Notes: generated by a model from the sequence alone, not told the origin. Shown: positions 15,353 to 29,808, numbered from the stretch's first letter. The stretch is 64,000 nt of DNA from the human T2T-CHM13v2.0 reference genome, Homo sapiens (GCF_009914755.1 NC_060932.1), one strand, 5' to 3'. Numbers and translations: made by a program.

Positions 15353-16559
15353 GACCCTGGTTCTTGGGTGACATCATAAACCACCTCTAGTCCTCTCCTG
15401 CTTCCAGCCCCTGAACCGTGGAAATCATGGATCTTTTCTTTATCTTAAAGCATGATGATACCCCCCAATAGCAGAATGTAGTACTTTTCTCCACTTTCTT
15501 CCACTGCAATGTTGAGATTTCTAACCAAGGAAAGAATGTACCATATCATGGTGTTCTTAGATCGCAGAAGAAATGTATTAAATATCATTTTATCTATGTT
15601 TGTGGTTTTGATCATCTATGTTTTGCCTCATTGGAAAGAGGATTTAATAAATATGCTCTTAAAAACATGCTAAACATATAAAATACTGTGTTTATTCATC
15701 AAGGTGAATAACTTTAAGAGTAGAAACAAACTTAGTAGATGCTTAATCTCACCATCAGCAATACTTAGAAATCATAAAATAACAAAAGCATTTTAGGTCA
15801 TCTCTTAACTTAAGGATTACTTAAAAGTTCTACGTTTTCCAGGTCTTGTTGCTGAGATGAATATATTTTCATATGAAGAAAAAGTGATCCTTTGAGACCA
15901 TTCTATCTCATAATCTTTTATTTTCTGTGTTATCAGAACAACCACACAGAATTGATAGCAATTCCATTATTGATAACAACCATAAAATAGAAAATGGGTA
16001 ATTGGAGTCAACAGGACACTTCATTAGGTTTTGCATAATATTGTATAAATGCACAAAATATTATAAAATTAATTATTTTTATAAAGATACAATATATTTT
16101 AGTAGACAGAACTTCCTAGCTGATAATAACAATACCACATTTACTAATGACTCTGAAAGCTATACATTTTGCCTTGCTTATCTTGAGCTGGATGCTGTGG
16201 ATTTTAATCTAAACGTTGACAGCATCCTCGTAACAGATTTTAGGCCAGGAATGATCATAATGATTGTCCCCTGACATCATACGTTCTGGGAAAGAGCTTT
16301 CTTCACAGAGGATGATAAGGCATTATGTAGATTCCATTTGCTGGGCAATATGGAGAGTCAATGGTGTAAAAATAAAAACACCTTCTTGTGTAAAATAAAT
16401 GAATATACAGAATATTTTTAAGCATAGGCAAAATTATTAAATAACATATACATGTGAGGAAGAAAGGAAGCTGACAGATATCTGGGGGACATCTACCAAC
16501 CTCTGGTTCCCTGGAGCTCTGGTTTTAGCTCACTCTGCAAAGAGAATGGAGATAAAGCC

Positions 16560-19500
16560 TAAAGCTATTCAATTTGGGAAGGAGATTTGGAGATACCACC
16601 CCTTTTCCATCTACCCCCAACCCCTGCTCCTTGGGAAGCCCAGACCCTTGGAAAGAAATGCTCATTATGAAAAGAGAACTAGAAAAAAATCACAAGCACA
16701 CACACAAACAAACACACTTGCCCTACCAAGAGTAACTGAAAGAAAACTGTCATGCCTCGGATCTGGCTCTGAGAAAAGGTGGAAAATCAGCTACCTAGAT
16801 ATGCAGAGTAAAAATCCCACCTTCAAACAATAATAATAACTTGTAACAAGAATCCGGCCCTCACATAGGCATGGCACTAGAATTCTCCTACTGTTGTGGC
16901 CCCTAAAAAGGCCAAGTTAAGAATTTAGTTTTCAAGTGGTCTGGGTTGCCTCCTGCTGGAGGCAAGTACAAATTCCCCTGAAGGAAGAGATTTGCAATGA
17001 ATCTTCAAAGAATCCCCAAGGTAAAGCTCCAATGCATATGAATGCTCAGTCTTTTAAAAGACAATAATAAATCAGAAAATAATTTTTTAAAAAATAATAA
17101 AATAAATGAGTGAGGGACAGTAAACAGAAGAAAAAGACAGCAGTGTCGGACCCATAAAGACTGAAAATTGTGGGAATAACAGTTATAGAATATAAAATAT
17201 ATTTAGCATAGTTAAAGCAATCAATGAACATATCTAATCTATGATTATTGAAGAGGAAACTGTTAAAAGTGACAGGCAGACTGAAAAAGAATTAAGCATA
17301 ACATCTAGGAATAAAAAATATAACAAATAAAATAAGAACCTTGGTATGTGTACCTAACAGCGGGTTAGACACATGTGAAGAACTGGGAGACACATCTGAA
17401 GGAACTACTCAGACTATAGCACAAACAGATATGGAGATTAAAATATTAAAGTTATGAAAAGATTTGGAACACAGAGTGAAAAATCTTAACTTACATCTAA
17501 TGGAAATCACAGAAAAAAATATTAAGAAGAATCGGGGAACTGCAATATTCAACGAGAAGTTGGGTGGAAATTTTCTCAGATTTCTGAGTCACAATAAACT
17601 CTACCCAGAATAAATTTTAAAAATCTAAACCTGCATACAAGACAGTAAAAATACAGAATACTTAATAAAGACACAAGAATATTTGCAAAACAGAGATTAT
17701 TTGAAGGGAAATATAGTGAATTGGTAGCTATCTTCTCCACAACAAAAAAGAAGCCAGATGTTGGTGGATGAGCATCTCTAAAGGCTGAGAGAAACTAAGA
17801 GAAAAACCACCAAGCTGGATATGCAACGTGAACAATTCTGTCTTCACTATCTTCAAACAAACACAAATTAAAAGATTTTACTACAAATAGATACACCTCT
17901 AAGGTGTCTCCTAAAGAATGTACTTCAGGAGGAAAGAGATCACCCAAAACGAAAATCTGACATGCAAAAAGCAATGATGATTGGAGAGGAGGGTTACTAA
18001 GTGGGCTAAACAGATACCAATGCTAGAAAGAATAAGACTCACACCTTATTTTGGGGGAAATATTAAAGTTTGAAAATAATACAGGAGACAGGAGGGTGGG
18101 TTTGAGTTGAAGAAGCCCATGGTTGCACTGTTTAAGAGAATGGAGAAGGTGTTGGTTAATTTTAAACTTAAGTAAAACATATATGTGAAAATTTGTAGGA
18201 ATAACCGCTAAAAAAATGAAGTATTGAATAAAAATATTAATCAGTTTAAAATAAGGTAAGAGAGGAAAAGAAACAAAGAAAAAGCAGAGCAAAGAGAAAT
18301 TACCAGATATCATGGCAAAAATAAATTAAACTATATAAAAATCACAATAAATGCAAGGGGACTAATCTTTCTAGTCATAAAACAACATTTTCATGGCTCA
18401 CTTTATAAAAATACAACTATATGGCTTCTTAAATCTTTATAATCTATGTACACATGAACATATATACATGTACATATTACATATTTATATTATGCATGAC
18501 ATGTATATACACTTGTGTTTATATGTGTATAATATACACCTAGACCTTAAGAACAAAAAGCCGAAAGTAAAAAGTTGTAAAATGTTGTATCAAGTAAATA
18601 CAAATCAAAAGAAAGTATATTAATATCAGGCAAAATTGATTCAAAAGCAAAGGCATTATTAAATGGCTTTATTATTAATGACCTTATTTAAGTTATTTTA
18701 TAATGACAAAATTTTTCGTTTATCAGGAACATATAACAATTCGGGACTTGTAAGCATCCATTACCACAGTCTTAAAACATGTAAAGCAAAAATTAAGACA
18801 ACTCTAATAAAATTGGACACATCTATCATAATATAAAAGTTTTAAACAAATCCTTCCAGTAACTGATTGATAAATCAGACAAAAGTCAGTGAGGCTGCAG
18901 ATGATTTAAATAATACACAGACTTGAGCTAAAAGACACATATACCCCCAGTATTCTTTATAAACATACATAGAACATTGTAAAAATGATGATATACTAGA
19001 AAATAAATTTCAAATTAGTAATATCACAGAGACCATGTTAGGTAAGCAAAAAGTAATTAAGTTAGAAATCAATAACAAAGAGTAAGTTAAAACCACACAT
19101 TAAAAAACTAAAAGTTTAAATGCTTCTAAATAACTCATAAAGCTCGTGGTAATTAGAAAACACTCTTACAGAAAAATAACAAAAATATTACGCATTAAAA
19201 CTCATGAGATATAGGAAATGTTCTCTACTTAGGGATAATGTGTAGCCTTAAGTGTATGTATATTTTACATTAAAAAGAAGAAAATTTGAGAAGTAATGAG
19301 TTAAACAGCCAGTTTAAGAATTTAGAACAACAAACAAGAAAATAATCATAAAGAAGTGTTAAGAAACAAAGTAATAAATAGCAAGTTTAACATAAATGAA
19401 TAGAAAGATAAAATTAAGAGGATCAACAAAGTCAAGCATTGTTCGAAGAGACTAAAGAAAAAATTAAGATGAGAATGATCAAGGAAAGAAGAATAGTATG

Positions 19501-20480
19501 AATAAACAATATTAGAAATGCGAAAGAAGGAAAACTCATGGAAACATTAGGAATGTGAATAACCTGAACAACCTTATATTTGAAGACTGGAGACACAAAT
19601 CCCTCTAAAAACATAATAGGCTAGCCTGTCTCAGAATGATCTAGATAGCTAATGGTATCACAGATTAAATTGAAATAGTACATTAAATTATCCCCTGAAA
19701 AACAAACAAAACAAAGCTAAACATCCTGAATGTGGCACATGTATACCATGGAATACAACTCAGCCATAAAAGGAATGAAATAATGGCATTCGCAGGAATC
19801 TGGATGGATTTGGAGACCTTTATTCTAAGTGAAGTAACTCAGGAATGGAAAACCAAACATCATATGTTTTCCCTCATAAGTGGGAGCTAAGCTATGTGTA
19901 CACAAAGGCATAAGAATGATACAATGGACTTTGGGGACTCGGGGAAATGGTGGGAGATGGGTGAAGGATATAAGACTACACATTGGGTACAACGTACACT
20001 GCTTAGATGGCGGGTGCACCAAAATCTCAGAAATCACCACTAAAGAACTTATTCATGTAACCAAACACCACCTGTTCCCCATAAACCTATTGAAATAAAA
20101 GTAAAATTAAAAAGCTAAGCTCTCTGGAACTTCTTTTTCCAGAGCATTACAAAGATATGATTCCAATCACATGCAACTCATACAGAAAGGAGACACAGAG
20201 GGGAGAGACACCCTTCAATTCACTTTATGAAGTAAAGTAGAATAATTCCAAAACCAGGAGGAAAAAAAGAAGAAAAAACCCAAGAGAAGGAAATTCCAAG
20301 ATAATCTTACCTGTGAACATAGACAAAAATCCTGAACAAAATATTATTAAACCCATCTAATAATGTACCAAAAAGATAATCCACTGTGACAAAATTGGGC
20401 TAATTAATTTCAGTAAGTAAATGTTGATTCAACATTAAAAATTCTAATCATGTAACAGCTTAAATAGAAAAATTAAGTGT
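16560..20480 (+). mobile_element. Old L1M (L1ME-like) 5' region, ORF1 and ORF2 remnant
   Basis: Very A-rich + strand with decayed L1 motifs (AATCACAATAAATGCAAGGGGACTAA; ATTAAGTTAGAAATCAATAACAAA; TTCAATTCACTTTATGAAG; GATTCAACATTAAAAAT); interrupted by L1PB at 19730-20112. Confidence 0.75.
19730..20112 (+). mobile_element. L1PB (L1PB1-like) 3' end
   Basis: GTAACTCAGGAATGGAAAACCAAACAT...GGCATAAGAATGATACAATGGACTTTGGGGACTC...AATCTCAGAAATCACCACTAAAGAACTTATTCATGTAACCAAACACCACCTGTTCCCC. Confidence 0.92.
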
Positions 20481-20481
20481 A

Positions 20482-20832
20482 TGCTGATGGGTGGCTGACT
20501 ACTGTGGGCAACGGGGGGTTCAAGCCACTGGGGACCTCTGAGGGCCTTTGAGAAACGCACTAAGGATAGCCCCACCAGGTGTGAGGAAGCTGGGCAGGTG
20601 CCAACCTCCATCACTGTATGTAGGGACCTCCCTGGCACCCCTGGTCTGCCTTGTGTAGGCTGAGCACAATCTCATGGCCAGAAAATAGTCCACAGGCAGA
20701 GAAGCTTAGGTGCTTGAGGTATGAACCCCTCAGCCAGTACCAGAACTATCCTCCAGAGCTGCAGTGCCGCTGGGGTGAGTCATCGGGAAGGTGAGTCATC
20801 GGGAAGGGTGAGGCTCGTACAACACCTGCCAC
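20482..20832 (-). mobile_element. ERVL LTR (LTR33-like)
   Basis: CTGTGGGCAAC...GGGGACCTCTGAGG...GAGGAAGCTGGG...AGGCAGAGAAGC...AACACCTGCCAC resembles antisense LTR33 as recalled. Confidence 0.6.
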
Positions 20833-20859
20833 TTAGGGAACAGCAAGGGAAGAGGCCCC

Positions 20860-22760
20860 GAGAAAGTATGGTGCCCAGTGCCTTCGGGAGCGGGGAGGAA
20901 GATGCAAGACCTTGGATGGTAAGGAATTGGCTTTCTCACCCAAGAGAACGGAAGGGTTTGGGCAGAAGAGTGGCATATGTGATGTGCGCTTTTAAAGAGG
21001 TACTCTGGCTACTGTGCCACGAAGGGTACATAAGAAAACAAGAGTGGAAGCAGGAAGACCAGGTAAGGGGCTACAGTCCAGCCTAGAGGTGATCAAGGTT
21101 GGATCAGGGCACTGGGGGACTGAGCCCAGGGGAAGTGTTCGCATTCTGGATGTATTTTGGTTAGAACTGATGACTTGTTGGTGGATTAGATATGGAATGG
21201 GTGAGAAAGAGAGAAGTCAAAGATGGCTCCAAAGTTTTGGGCTTGACAGTGGATGGAAATAAACTAGGAGAGACCCCAGCTGAGGCAAAGATAAGGCACT
21301 CGTGCCTAACCCGCCATGATGGAGGTGACTGTCAGACATTGAAATGGAGATGCTGAGAAGGTTTGGTAACGAGTTTAGAGATTGGGGAAAGGTGAGCATT
21401 GGCAGCACAGCGATTGTGTCCAAAGTTGCAAGACTGCTTATGAGATAACTCAGGTGTGACTTAGGTCACTCCACAGTCTGGGAACTGACAAAGAATGAGC
21501 AAAGATAATTGAGAAGGAAGGAAGAGCCAGTGAGACAGGAAGAAAATGAGGAGATGGCAGTGAACTGAAAGCCCAGTTAAAAAAAAGAAAGACACTTCCA
21601 GAAGTCAATGGTAGTGGTGGAGGTTCAGGGAAAGGAGAGTCACCATGTCAAATCTTGCTGAGAGGCCAAGTAGAGGGAAGACTGAGATCGAGACTCAGCT
21701 GCTGGAAGTCGCGTGTTAAAGACACTGTTGGCTTTCACAGGGGCAGTTTCTTTGCATGGAGCAGTGGCCTTTGAGAGGAGTACTGACAGTTCTGGCAGTA
21801 AAGTGAACTGTACGTCACATCCCTGGGAGGTGGTTAGATGGGAACTTGCAGAAGTTCTCTTCTGAGTTTGCAATTTCTTTGGTAAAATTTCGTCAACTGA
21901 GAGTGAATATGGAGGAGGAAGCACGGGAGGTTTAAGAAGACAAGAAAATATATGAAATAGTCTTCTACAAGAGTAGAAACTTTTGTCGTGAATGAACATG
22001 GCAAATCCATGGTGATGACCATGTGGAATTGGGGTTGATTTTAAAATGGGATCAGTCAGCTTGGTTGATTTTTTCCCCAAGCACTTTAATCGGCATTGGT
22101 ACAAATGCAATGAGGCAAAAATAGGATTTAACCAAGACTGGAATTTTGTCAAGAAAGCGAGATGACGCAAGTGAGAGGCAGAGCCAAAGTGGTGTGCATG
22201 GAGGTGATTTTAAAGGCTGATTATGGAATTCTGGGTTTTAGGCCCTGCTGTGTGCAAAGGATGTTACAGTTAGAATATTAGAGGAACTGCTTGGATGAGG
22301 GAAGGCAGTGTGCTCAAAAGGGATTTCTTAAAGTGAGGTAAGGAAGCCAGCGGCAGACGCTTGAACATGAGGAGGAATACAAGTAATTGAAGGGCTAGGT
22401 TTTGGAAAGAATCATCTCTGACACAGCTTCTATGTGGATGTTGAAATCACCCAGAAAATATTACCCAGCGTGTAAGCCCAGAGTTCAGGGAAATGAGGGG
22501 GATGACCGATGTGTCTCCAAGTGACCATCCCTATGAGAGAACACAGGGAGTGGCTGTGCAGGGAAGAACCAGGATGGTCTAGAAGCAGTGACAGGGAGCC
22601 AGGAGGATACCTGTCCCACCAGGGTGGAGCTGGGAGAGGAAAAACATCACACTCAAGGGGAGGCAGTGTCCTCTGGGAACACCAGGTTTTGGTTAGAACA
22701 GCAGGTTCAAGAAGTCCAGGTTACAGAGAGCATTACTGATGATGGACCATGAGTCCCAGA
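20860..22760 (-). mobile_element. L2 LINE remnant
   Basis: GCTTTTAAAGAGGTACTCTGGCTACTGTG...GGAAGCAGGAAGACCAGGTAAGGGGCTAC...ATTCTGGATGTATTTTG...GAAGTCAAAGATGGCTCCAAAGTTTTGGGC. Confidence 0.75.
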
Positions 22761-23044
22761 CAATGCCAGAGCTTCGAGAACTGAGAAGGAATGGGAAATT
22801 GAAATGGACTAGGAAATGTGAAAACTCTCAGGGGGACTGGAGTGAAGGAGAAATATAACCCCCGCCACCCCCCAAAAAAATCAAATGTAGCTTTAATTAT
22901 GCATTGGCTCATTCTCATCTCAAATATTTTTTGGGAAAATTGGTTATCATACCTTTAAGGATTTATTTCCCTTCTATATTCTGTCCACATCAGAAGGCAC
23001 AATTAAGACAAAAGACACAAGAAAGAGGGAGGAAATGTTGAACA

Positions 23045-23227
23045 ACTATAAGGAAGGACATTCCTAACTATACGAGCTGTTCAAAATGGAGCATGCTAAC
23101 TTATCACTGGAAGGTGTGGGGAGAGGCTGAATAGTTGTTTGTGGGTTGCTTCTGAGATTTTCCACAAGGACTAAAGCTGGATAGGTGGCTTCTAAGACCC
23201 TTTTCAGTTCCAAGATTCTCAGGATTT
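23045..23227 (+). mobile_element. L3/CR1 3' end
   Basis: ATAAGGAAGGACATTCCTAAC...ATCACTGGAAG...CTGGATAGGTGGCTTCTAAGACCCTTTTCAGTTCCAAGATTCT. Confidence 0.6.
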
Positions 23228-24359
23228 GGTACCCATTACATGAGAAAAATAAACATGTATCCTCATATTCATCATTGCCATAACGCTTGATTCTGGTCCA
23301 AACTAAAACCTATGATCTTGGTCCTTTCCCCTTACACAGTCTGATTTTTACTCTTAAAAAATAAAGGCTAAAAATATTATTCCTTACATGTAATGACGAT
23401 GGAACTTCTTGTTCCATATATCCAACATCTGTCGTTAACTTTCTGTTGCTGAGAAAACTGTCTATACCTCAACAACAGAATTGCCTTGTGTTTTCCTTAT
23501 CTGCTTTGTCATTTGTGCCCAACCTCTCCTCCTAAAGCAAGAAGTCAGATGCCAGGCTCTGACCCAGACTGGTCACGATTAGTGTTGTGTGGAGAGCAAA
23601 AGGTGCTTCTAAGTCCAAGAAAAAGGTGGCTGCCAATGACAAGAAACACACAAAGCTTTCAATCTGAGAGCCTGGGGATCAAGGCTAGAATTTGAAACCA
23701 CAGAGCCCCCAGAGGGACTCAGGCTGTGACCTGAAATGATGGACACCCTGCTGATGCCCAGAAATGCTATCAAGGCCTTCAACTTCCTTGGAATATATCC
23801 AATTTCTGCGACATTTTTCTAGTGGTCTTCAATGGCTCTTTCCCAGGAGAAGCATGTCTCCTCTGAATTAGGTGCATTGACAAATCAAAATGCCACTTTT
23901 GAGGTTACTTCTCTTTGCCTTATAGTTCTTCACTTCTCCTGGAGCCAGCACAGTGTTAAACTTACACACTTCACCCTAAACCATGTGGTCAAGCTTCTTA
24001 GTCTTTCATTCACTACAACACCCACTGCTACTGCTCCTACTACCATTACTTGATGATTCCAGACATTTATTTTTTTGCCAGACAAGATTTTTAAAAAATC
24101 TTTCTGCTATTTTCTTGCCAAAAGGAGTTTGTTTTTGCCTTTCTTTCCTATTAAGTTCGTTTGGCTGCCTAGAATAATTAATTGAAATAGAAGTTATTCT
24201 CCAGGAATTTAGAGGATCATATATCAGTGAATATTCCTTCACATGAAGTTTAGTTTTGGTCAGTTTGCAAATGTCCACACTCAAAAATGGAAGAGTGTGA
24301 GCTTTAAAAGGAAATAACATTGTATTTTGCATTGGGCACAGTACAAAGCTGGCAATATA

Positions 24360-24505
24360 TCTTTTTTCATTTTATATGTAAGAAATAATAGCATTGAAGA
24401 GATGAACTGCATTGTCTAAAGTCACATCATTGTGTGGAAACAGCAGAGCAGAGCTTCAAATGCAGGTATTGGACCCAAATTCCATAACTGTCCTATGCTA
24501 TATTA
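24360..24505 (-). mobile_element. MIR
   Basis: CATTTTATATGTAAGAAA...TTGTCTAAAGTCACA...GCAGAGCAGAGCTTCAAATGCAGG. Confidence 0.6.
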
Positions 24506-24835
24506 CCTCTTCATGCATGATGCTTTTCAAGCTGTCTGTAATCTTCACATAAGTAAAAAACATTCTTACCATCATTATGATCATCTCCTTTATTGCAAGT
24601 TCTTTTAACTTAACAGGCTATAATTGTAAAAGTTGTGACAGCTGGCCAGTAGCTAGGATATACTAATAGGCACAGAAATATGGGTCACCTCCATTTTGTA
24701 CTGATTATGTGTGGTCAGGCATTTGGGGTTTTCCTCACGTTTGAAACCAGTTATGTCTGACTCAACAATTCATGCTCATTGCACCAAGCCATACTTCTTC
24801 AAAGCAATGGTATCTGGCTACTAGATAATCAAGTC

Positions 24836-25030
24836 TTTGGTTCTCAAAGCATGGTCTCTGGGCCAGCATCACCTGGAAACTTGTTAGAAACACAGATTCT
24901 TAAACCGCACCCCAGACTTCCTGAATCAGAAACTCTGGGGCTGTGGCTTGGAAGTCTGTGATTTAACCAACCCACCACGGCTTGATTCTGGTATGTGTGA
25001 TACAGGTGTGCTCAAGTTTGAAAACCACTG
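24836..25030. mobile_element. MER5A hAT-Charlie MITE
   Basis: TGGTTCTCAAAG...CAGCATCACCTGGAAACTTGTTAGAAA...CCCCAGAC.T.CTGAATCAGAAACTCTGGGG...AGTTTGAAAACCACTG. Confidence 0.85.
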
Positions 25031-25095
25031 GTCTAAAGAAAATAAAAAAAACTGAGCAAAAATCTACAATATCCAAGGCTGAAACAGGTTACAGA

Positions 25096-25187
25096 TTTTT
25101 TATACAAAGACTGTTCCAAAATATCTAGAATTTTAGTAGGCTTTTTTATACAAAGACTGTTCCAAAAAATCTAGAATTTCAGTAAGC
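25096..25187. repeat. 46-bp tandem duplication with 3 mismatches
   Basis: TTTTTTATACAAAGACTGTTCCAAAA(T/A)ATCTAGAATTT(T/C)AGTA(G/A)GC x2. Confidence 0.92.
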
Positions 25188-26441
25188 CTTTTAAACATTA
25201 ACAGCAGGATGGATATATGAAGGTCCAGAGAAATTAGAAGAAATTCAAAAATGATGGTCATCCCCAAATTTCTATGTACATAGAACCTATCCACAATACC
25301 AAAGGTTTTGCAAGCGTTGCTGAACATTTTTTAAAGCATTACATAGTATGCTAAGATTATGATAAAATTATCTGGGTAATTTTTCTGCTATATTAACCAG
25401 TTTCTTTTTCTCTTTGCATTTTATTACATTCAAGAAGGTGATGTCTGTGTGTTCTTTGTCTCAAAGAGGAGGTAGGGAAGCCTCCAAGTCTTTCTAGCTC
25501 CTTTAGAGCTAGAAACAAGCAAAGAAATATAGAATTTAAAAGCTTAGTCCAGTTGAAGGGGTTTTCAGACACAGAGCAACATCTAGAACAAATCCTTAAT
25601 AGAAATTCTCCCAGAACAAGTAGAGAGAAGGGGAGATACCGGTTGCCATGAAGGAGAAGGGAGCTGCCCGGCCTCAAGGCTATGCAGAGTGTAAACTGTG
25701 TGTACCAACAACCAAGTAACCCCCAAGCTTTGGCATTGCATATACAAAGGGAGACAGGCAACCCCAGGTAGAACTGAAGTTAAGTTTTTCCGCTCACCCA
25801 GCATAATGGATGCTCTGAACTAAAAACTAAGAGGCATTTTTAAAAATGCAGTTACATATCTGAGCTAGTGGGCTGAGATTCCCACCTATTACGTCTTAAT
25901 TTACACTAATTTTACCGGAGTCAATTCAGCTTCTGAGGGCTTCAAACAAGAGACCCAGGGACCAAGCTGAAAGCTCTAAGATCCACTGAAGCAGCTCTGA
26001 GCAGTTTTCCCATGCAAAGAGCTCAGAGGGTCGGGAAATATCAGTCACAACCATAAACTGAGCATGTTATGTGCATCCTGTGAAAAACTTTCTTTCTCCA
26101 ACTAATCTGAGAGCAATCTACTGCAAATATAAACAGAACCGAAGCTAAATGCCTACTTCATCACCCAGCCCTACGCCTGATTCAGTACTGCTAGAAGTGT
26201 TTCAAAAGTCCCTTCCATGGGACAACCAGTTCATCCCTTGGTATTACCCTGAGTAGCAGCAGAAGCCACTCACGTCCACTGTGATGTGCTGGGTGGGAAT
26301 GCTGCATCCTCACACAGATTCAGAAAATCTGCAAATCAGACTCAGAAGAAGGGCATGAGGAAGGAAAGGAATAAGATCAGGTCAAGATGAGAAAGTGTAA
26401 TGAGAAAATGCCATTAAAACAAGAAGAAATTCAGGTAATCA

Positions 26442-26789
<348 letters not shown>

Positions 26790-27251
26790 TTAATGTCACC
26801 AGAAAACTTTAGGAGGATAAAGATTGTGGTTATTGACCCACAAACATCAAAAAAATCATCAAAAATATTGACTAGAGCAGATTCAGAGGAGTACAGGATG
26901 GAATTTTGATAACAGCGTCAAGGAGAAGAGTGAAGGTGAGAAATCTTGGCAGTGTGGGCTTTGCTGACTCCACCACTAGCTCTGCCTCCTTGGGCACCTA
27001 GAGATTCATGGCACGTGTGCAAGGTCCTGGAACCTTTCTCCATTTTCCTACATGACCATCAGAGTTCAGGAACTCTCCATCTGCACCTGTACTGCAATGA
27101 AAGGTAACTGAGCTGTAGCAAACAACCTTTCCTCTGAATCAAAGAATTCCAGCCCCTGCAGGTCAGAAAGCATCTTAGATACTACCCCTCTACGGATGGC
27201 AAAAATAGGGTTGAATTCTGCAAGAAAGCTTCCATTAAAGCCTGGGTCTTA

Positions 27252-27534
27252 GGCCAGGCACAGTGGGTCATGCCTATGATCCCAGCAATTTGAGAGGCCA
27301 AGGCAGTGGGAGACCAGCCTAGGAAACATGGTGGAACCCCGTGTCTACAAAAATACAAAATATTAGTCAGGGGTGGTGATGCATGCCTGATGTCCCAGCT
27401 ACTTGGGACGCTGAGGCAGGAGAATCACCTGAGCCCAGGAAGTTGAGGCTTCAGTGATTGCGCCACTGCACTCCAGCCTCGGGGACAGATCAGGACTCTG
27501 TCTCAAAACAAAAAACAAAAAACAACAACAACCA
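27252..27534 (+). mobile_element. AluJ
   Basis: GAGCCCAGGAAGTTGAGGCT.CAGTGA AluJ-type right arm; left-arm deletion; TSD CCTGGGTCTT on both sides. Confidence 0.93.
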
Positions 27535-27964
27535 CCTGGGTCTTTCCATTGTATCTTAATGATGATATGAACTAAGAAGACTTCAGGAAGCGGGAAGTTT
27601 TGCCCATAATACCCCAGTGTCATGAGGATTTTGATGTTGACCATCACACTGCTAGCAGGCCTGCTACTCTGGGCTCCTCCAGCTAATGTCATTCACTTCT
27701 TTCTCCAGGAAAATAAGCCATTGGGGTGGGCTGCTCACGATGTTGAAGTAACAGATGATCACCTTCTGTCAAATTCACTCTCTCACCCTCCACATTGCAG
27801 GGGCTCATCAGCTTCTCTTTGACGTCCATCCCAGTGGTGGGAAGCAGGAGCCACATGGAGCAAATTGCATTGTTGGAAAGGTAGATACTCATATCTACAG
27901 GGTTGCTACTCGGTGCTAGGCTCTTTGACAAGTCTTGCCCTTTACCTGTGGTTAGAGATGGGGC

Positions 27965-28085
27965 TGATTATACCTTTTTTTTTTTAATAGACTGGGAAAT
28001 GATGGTTCAGAGAAGTAAAGTGACTGGCCTGAGATCATGGAGTCAGTTAAAGGTGCAGCAAGGATTGGAACACAGGTCTTAAGGC
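27965..28085 (-). mobile_element. MIR
   Basis: GGTTCAGAGAAGTAAAGTGACTGGCCTGAGATCA...AGGATTGGAACACAGGTCT. Confidence 0.65.
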
Positions 28086-29009
28086 AGCGTCTTCAGGTGC
28101 ATCGACTCTTATGGTACACCTGGTACAACTCTGGTGGATCCATGTCCCTCCTCACATAGAGACCATCTATCTCCTGCAGCTTTGATCTCACACTGCCTTT
28201 CCCTTAGCCCAGCCACAACCACAAATCCACTCCTCCTTCATGTGACCACCCTTCATCTTGCTGACACCCAGCTCACTAAAGGCTCCACCTGACCTTATCT
28301 CTCCTTGATAAGTATCCTTAGCTCCTTGGTGGGCTGGGCATTTGACAGGATTTGGAGACATCTCACTCTCCTGATGGATTTTCAGTGAACACATTGTGTT
28401 CCCACAAAGGGAAATGCTACACTTTAGACCTGCTCAGAGGTGAAGATGCTTAATGAGTAAGAGCTTGAGATGATGGAATGTTTACATACCAATAAATAAA
28501 GCTTTAAAAATTATCTTTAAAGCACAAAGAATAGAGAAGCCAAAAAAGGTTGACGCATACTTGCCCTATTTGATATTAGAAAGAGGGAGGTTCATCAGTA
28601 GAACTTCCTCAATGCGTTGATTGGCTGACACAGAGTTTTGTGAAAGAGGCGGGGATGTTGAGTCTTCCTTCTCAGTGTGTCTCTAGGACCAAGCATGAGG
28701 TGTGGACGACCCTTCTGAGCCCTGCGCATCCAGTTATCTCCTTTTAGCCCACAGAATCTGCTCAGGGAAGCCTTTCTTCACCAGCCCTGCCTGCCACTCT
28801 CCCATCCTCTCCTCACCAATCAAGCGAGGTCAGGTCTGGTTTTCCTGAAAGAGAACCTCACGGCCTCTTGTGCTTTTCCTCCCTGACTTCCTCATTACCA
28901 CCTTGTTTGTGCTCTCCACCACCTTGTTCTCTTCTCGCCTTAGGGCTTCGTACCAATCGTTCCCCCGGTGAACACCGTGTTGCAGATCTCCTGGTGGTCA
29001 GTTGCTGGT

Positions 29010-29275
29010 GTCTGTCCATCACCAGCTTAAAAAGCATCTCCCTGTGGAGTGCTAGTTCAGAACATCACCCCGCAGTCACCCCACGTCACTGTCTCTGTTC
29101 ATCAGGGCGCCCCATTGAGTTCAGCATAGCATCCATCACTGCCTGATACTTTCTGCTTATGGAGGAATCTCTTTTCCCACCACAGTATGAGCTGCAGAAG
29201 AACAAAGATTCCATCAGTCTTTTTCACTGCCCCATCCCTACCTAGTAGGTGTCACCAAACATCTGCTGGTTAAGC
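29010..29275 (+). mobile_element. L2 3' fragment
   Basis: CAGTATGAGCTGCAGAAGAACAAAGA...TTCACTG...TAGTAGGTGTCACCAAACATCTGCTG. Confidence 0.5.
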
Positions 29276-29808
29276 TCCCATTTTTCAACCAACGCCTTTT
29301 CCTCCCCACTGTAGGCATGTCACACAGGCTGTTTCTGAGCTGCGCCCACACGATGCCTACAGTGGCTGGCAAGGCACTGGCACACAGGACAAGCCCTATC
29401 AGTGTGTGGAGATGCTGACTGCTTGTTAAGGGTTATTATTTACTTTGAAAAAGTAAAATGGACCTACCACCACCTTTAGTTTAACCACTTATCAAAAATG
29501 TTTGACATTGTTGGGAATTGTTAAGTTGAATATTAAACGAATCTTGCAGTCTTTCTCTTTTGCAGAACCAATTTAAGGTTGCACTTGATGAGTGCTTTAC
29601 ATACATTATACTCCAGATAAATTCATCCACTTTAAAGAACTAAAACTGCTCATTAAAATATATATATTTCTATATCTTCTTTTGATTTAGAAAAAATATT
29701 ATATTGTATCCTTCAAATTCTCACTTTTCAGTTTCATTAATAGATGTGATTTCCATTATTTTACATAATATTCATATAATGGATGGATGAAAATGTAAAT
29801 AAACAAGG

